A DNA stretch of 64,000 nt. It comes from the human T2T-CHM13v2.0 reference genome, Homo sapiens. Under the pieces are notes generated by a model. The model was not told the origin of the DNA. It saw only the letters and a program-made list of their open reading frames with translations, and did not search any database. The stretch lies in the NCBI RefSeq assembly GCF_009914755.1, contig NC_060931.1. One strand, 5' to 3'. Within the stretch, counting starts at the first letter, position 1, and each line of letters starts with the position of its first letter. Positions 1 through 64,000 of this stretch are shown piece by piece. The position numbers and the translations under genes were made by a program.

Positions 1-58
1 ATGTTAAATTGGTAACTTCATTTAACGCCCACAACCTTTCTTCAAAGTAGGCACTGTA

Positions 59-219
59 CAGATGCCCCTTGACTTATGGTGGCATCCTATCTGGCTGGAC
101 CCCGCCGAGGGTGAAGGCGTCATTAGGTCGGATTTCAGGGCTAATTGAATGTATATTGCCTTCACACCATGGCAAAGTCGAAAATCTGTGTTAAATCATG
201 CTAAGCCGGGGACTGGCTG
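59..219. mobile_element. Internally deleted MER47/Tigger-like DNA transposon fossil
   Basis: ta|CAGATGCCCCTTGACTTATGGTGG ... CATGCTAAGCCGGGGACTGGCTG: degenerate terminal inverted repeats. Confidence 0.55.
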
Positions 220-2455
220 TGCTCTGCCATCGTACAAATAAATAAATGGAAGTCAAGTAACTCCCTTGAGGGCCCCAGCTAGTGAATGGAGAGGCCAGCT
301 ATGGCCACCACTCTCTGCCCCAGGGCGCTCAACGCCCCTCCTGTGCCATGCAGTTCTGACAGGGAGGCAGTGCTGGTAGGAAAGGGGTGTGATGAAAGGG
401 GTGCCCAGCAGAGGGAGTCATATCCGGAGTGACAGGAGCCCAACAGGGGTGCAGCGCTGGAACCCAAGCCAGCACCTCTGGTCATGGCTCCTCAGTTCAC
501 CGCCTATAAAATTGTGTGGTTCCCCCACACCCCTTGCTGCTCAGAGCAGCCGCGCACATGCTTGTGCTGTGCGTGCCTCCTGTGAGATGGCCTGGTACAC
601 CGGTTCCTACAGTGCGCCTCACACGCTGTCTCGGAGGGAGGCAGCCTGTGCGGGTGCCTGGACCTCCGAGCCAGACCCTCTGGGTTCCTGCCTGGCCCCG
701 TCCCTCAGCAGCCAGATGGCTCGGGAGCACATTCTCCAATCCCTCCGTGTCTCTGTTTCGTCATCTTCAAAAATGTGGATGGCATAGCTGCTAAAAAATG
801 GTGACATACTTCCTAGGTGGTGCAGAAAATTAAGTGACTGTAGGAACAGGCCTCAGCAGCTCCTTCCACTTCCTTGGTATGATTGTTTTTTAAACCAAGG
901 CTGGGATTGTATAGATGCAGATTAGTTAATGTGATACCATTAATAGCTAACCTAGTGCCTGCTGCAGGGTGAGCCTCCCCTAAGCCACCGGGAAGCGGCT
1001 CCTGCAGCCTCCCTCACGTGTGCTGGCCCTCCTCTGGCAGTCATTGCCTGTGGTGTGCTGAAGGCCCAGCTCTGACTGTGCCTCTGTGCTCTCCTCGCCC
1101 CGCCCCCTGCTCTCTCTCAGGTCTTTGGTCTGTTGTCCGAGCTGCCACAGCAGCCTGGACATCCCTGTTGGTGTTTCCAGCCCTGTCCTCTCCTGAGTTC
1201 CATCCACCTGTGCATGGCTTTTTCATGAGTGTTTTCACGGATGGTTCTGCTGTCATCTCCAACCTGATAAACAAAGCACCACGATTCAGCCCTTATGACC
1301 CCAAGCTTCCTTCCTCAGTTCCTTGCTTCTGTGCATCCACTGAAGAAGCCTGTTCCACTGTTTCCCTGCACTGGGTCTCCTGTCTGCAGGAAGCCTTCAG
1401 CCCTCACTTCCACACTCCTCTAAGATGTGTGCCTGTGCCCTTCTGGGGAAGCTCATTTTCCTAGCAGCCTCCAGGATCTTCAGGGGTGAATCCCTCCTTT
1501 CCCACGTTGGTACTCTGTACACACAACATGCCCATTCCCTGACTGGGGAGCTGGGCATTGCTTCATGAATCAGAGGTCAATTTTTTCTCTATTAAAGTCA
1601 CAGATGCTCATTGCACCATTGTGAGAATGAATGAAGATAGTGCTTATAAATCAGCCAGCAAGGTACCCAGCCTCACTGTGTCAGGGTCTCCCTGGGCATG
1701 AGGTGGTTAGAGTGTGTGACATGTCTGTCCCCAAGCCTGTCAGCTCCCAGATCGAAGCCAGTGGATCTCATTCATCCTCGCAGCGCCCACAGCACTTGCA
1801 CAGGGTTTTGTACACATAAGTCATTCTGTCAATGTTCATGTTTAATGTCATCAGTGGAACACTCCCACTTTGTAAAGACTTGAATGTGTTCATCCCTGAC
1901 TTTTCCACATCTTGTTAGTTCTTCTTTGGAAACAGCTGTACAGTTTCACCATCCTGTGCATCCCTGGAGTCTACCTGTCTCTGTCATACATTCAGATTCT
2001 TCTTGTTTCGTGTCACTCTCATATCCTTTTCTCTAATGAAAAGCTCCGCCTGGGCATGCAAGGTGGAGCCCTGGATGCCAGCCCCTCACCTGGCATCCAG
2101 GGCTGTAGCACTCAGGACCTGCCTCCCTGCCCTGCCTACCCCCTACATCATGCGACCATTCCAGTCCAGCCAATCAGCCCCTTGGGACCCAGCTTACCAC
2201 ATGCATATCATTTATGCTGTGACCACTGACTAAACCATTCTCTTCCTTCCTCCCCATATTTCTAAATTTCTAATCATTGCTCAAAGCCCAATTCAGAGAA
2301 AACCCTAGCTCCTCCATGGCACCATCATTAACAATTTTATCTGGCCGCCCCCCGGGAAGTTCACTGGGCTAATTGCGGGACTCTTGTTCGCACCATGGCA
2401 TCTCTTTAGCAGAACATAAATGCGAAGAGCACATGCATCCTTCATGGGAATTTAA

Positions 2456-62045
<59,590 letters not shown>

Positions 62046-62326
62046 CCACGGAGGATAGTATGAGCCCTAAAAATCCAGACTCTTTCGATACCCAGGACCA
62101 AGCCACAGCAGGTCCTCCATCCCAACAGCCATGCCCGCATTAGCTCTTAGACCCACAGACTGGTTTTGCAACGTTTACACCGACTAGCCAGGAAGTACTT
62201 CCACCTCGGGCACATTTTGGGAAGTTGCATTCCTTTGTCTTCAAACTGTGAAGCATTTACAGAAACGCATCCAGCAAGAATATTGTCCCTTTGAGCAGAA
62301 ATTTATCTTTCAAAGAGGTATATTTG

Positions 62327-62339
62327 AAAAAAAAAAAAA
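62327..62339 (+). repeat. A13 mononucleotide run in the 3' UTR
   Basis: tatttg(A)13g. Confidence 0.95.
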
Positions 62340-62414
62340 GTATATGTGAGGATTTTTATTGATTGGGGATCTTGGAGTTTTTCATTGTCGCTATTGATTT
62401 TTACTTCAATGGGC

Positions 62415-62792
62415 TCTTCCAACAAGGAAGAAGCTTGCTGGTAGCACTTGCTACCCTGAGTTCATCCAGGCCCAACTGTGAGCAAGGAGCACAAGCCACA
62501 AGTCTTCCAGAGGATGCTTGATTCCAGTGGTTCTGCTTCAAGGCTTCCACTGCAAAACACTAAAGATCCAAGAAGGCCTTCATGGCCCCAGCAGGCCGGA
62601 TCGGTACTGTATCAAGTCATGGCAGGTACAGTAGGATAAGCCACTCTGTCCCTTCCTGGGCAAAGAAGAAACGGAGGGGATGGAATTCTTCCTTAGACTT
62701 ACTTTTGTAAAAATGTCCCCACGGTACTTACTCCCCACTGATGGACCAGTGGTTTCCAGTCATGAGCGTTAGACTGACTTGTTTGTCTTCCA
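62415..62792 (+). promoter_or_regulatory. miR-7 seed matches in the 3' UTR (two 8mers, one 7mer-A1)
   Basis: GTCTTCCA at 62502-62509 and 62785-62792; TCTTCCA at 62415-62421. miR-7 repression of EGFR is established. Confidence 0.8.
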
Positions 62793-63739
62793 TTCCATTG
62801 TTTTGAAACTCAGTATGCTGCCCCTGTCTTGCTGTCATGAAATCAGCAAGAGAGGATGACACATCAAATAATAACTCGGATTCCAGCCCACATTGGATTC
62901 ATCAGCATTTGGACCAATAGCCCACAGCTGAGAATGTGGAATACCTAAGGATAGCACCGCTTTTGTTCTCGCAAAAACGTATCTCCTAATTTGAGGCTCA
63001 GATGAAATGCATCAGGTCCTTTGGGGCATAGATCAGAAGACTACAAAAATGAAGCTGCTCTGAAATCTCCTTTAGCCATCACCCCAACCCCCCAAAATTA
63101 GTTTGTGTTACTTATGGAAGATAGTTTTCTCCTTTTACTTCACTTCAAAAGCTTTTTACTCAAAGAGTATATGTTCCCTCCAGGTCAGCTGCCCCCAAAC
63201 CCCCTCCTTACGCTTTGTCACACAAAAAGTGTCTCTGCCTTGAGTCATCTATTCAAGCACTTACAGCTCTGGCCACAACAGGGCATTTTACAGGTGCGAA
63301 TGACAGTAGCATTATGAGTAGTGTGGAATTCAGGTAGTAAATATGAAACTAGGGTTTGAAATTGATAATGCTTTCACAACATTTGCAGATGTTTTAGAAG
63401 GAAAAAAGTTCCTTCCTAAAATAATTTCTCTACAATTGGAAGATTGGAAGATTCAGCTAGTTAGGAGCCCACCTTTTTTCCTAATCTGTGTGTGCCCTGT
63501 AACCTGACTGGTTAACAGCAGTCCTTTGTAAACAGTGTTTTAAACTCTCCTAGTCAATATCCACCCCATCCAATTTATCAAGGAAGAAATGGTTCAGAAA
63601 ATATTTTCAGCCTACAGTTATGTTCAGTCACACACACATACAAAATGTTCCTTTTGCTTTTAAAGTAATTTTTGACTCCCAGATCAGTCAGAGCCCCTAC
63701 AGCATTGTTAAGAAAGTATTTGATTTTTGTCTCAATGAA

Positions 63740-63837
63740 AATAAAACTATATTCATTTCCACTCTATTATGCTCTCAAATACCCCTAAGCATCTATACTA
63801 GCCTGGTATGGGTATGAAAGATACAAAGATAAATAAA
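63740..63837 (+). terminator. Proximal polyadenylation signals
   Basis: AATAAA at 63740-63745 and 63832-63837. Confidence 0.7.
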
Positions 63838-64000
63838 ACATAGTCCCTGATTCTAAGAAATTCACAATTTAGCAAAGGAAATGGACTCATAGATGCTAAC
63901 CTTAAAACAACGTGACAAATGCCAGACAGGACCCATCAGCCAGGCACTGTGAGAGCACAGAGCAGGGAGGTTGGGTCCTGCCTGAGGAGACCTGGAAGGG

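Larger units (their letters stand above)
62046..64000 (+). other. EGFR: EGFR 3' UTR (the long form continues beyond the window)
   Basis: Follows the stop codon. Contains an A13 run, ATTTA motifs, miRNA seed matches and two AATAAA. Confidence 0.9.

Overview
This is human genomic DNA: most of the EGFR (ERBB1) locus on the + strand. It runs from intron 3 through exons 4-28 into the 3' UTR; exons 1-3 lie upstream of the window. All 25 exons were placed by GT-AG junctions and an unbroken reading frame, covering codons 142-1210. The common oncogenic hotspots are wild type (G719, ELREA, T790, C797, L858, L861). Four alternative 3' ends are visible: intron-10 read-through, exon 15A, exon 15B and intron-27 read-through. 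Splice signals matching the antisense lncRNA EGFR-AS1 are also present. Repeats include 7 Alus, a 2.7-kb L1, an MLT1 LTR with a nested L1 tail, DNA-transposon fossils, two minisatellites and long CA-rich tracts. I found no new protein-coding system; apart from EGFR exon and isoform fragments, the ORF-track hits look like chance ORFs or repeat artefacts. The most interesting signal is regulatory and centres on introns 13-15. Three alternating Alus bracket a 249-nt stop-free exon 14-15 module and exon 15A, and a G-rich VNTR with a 532-bp internal duplication lies between two of them. Repeat subfamily names, isoform names and comparisons with reference genomes come from recall and were not checked by search.
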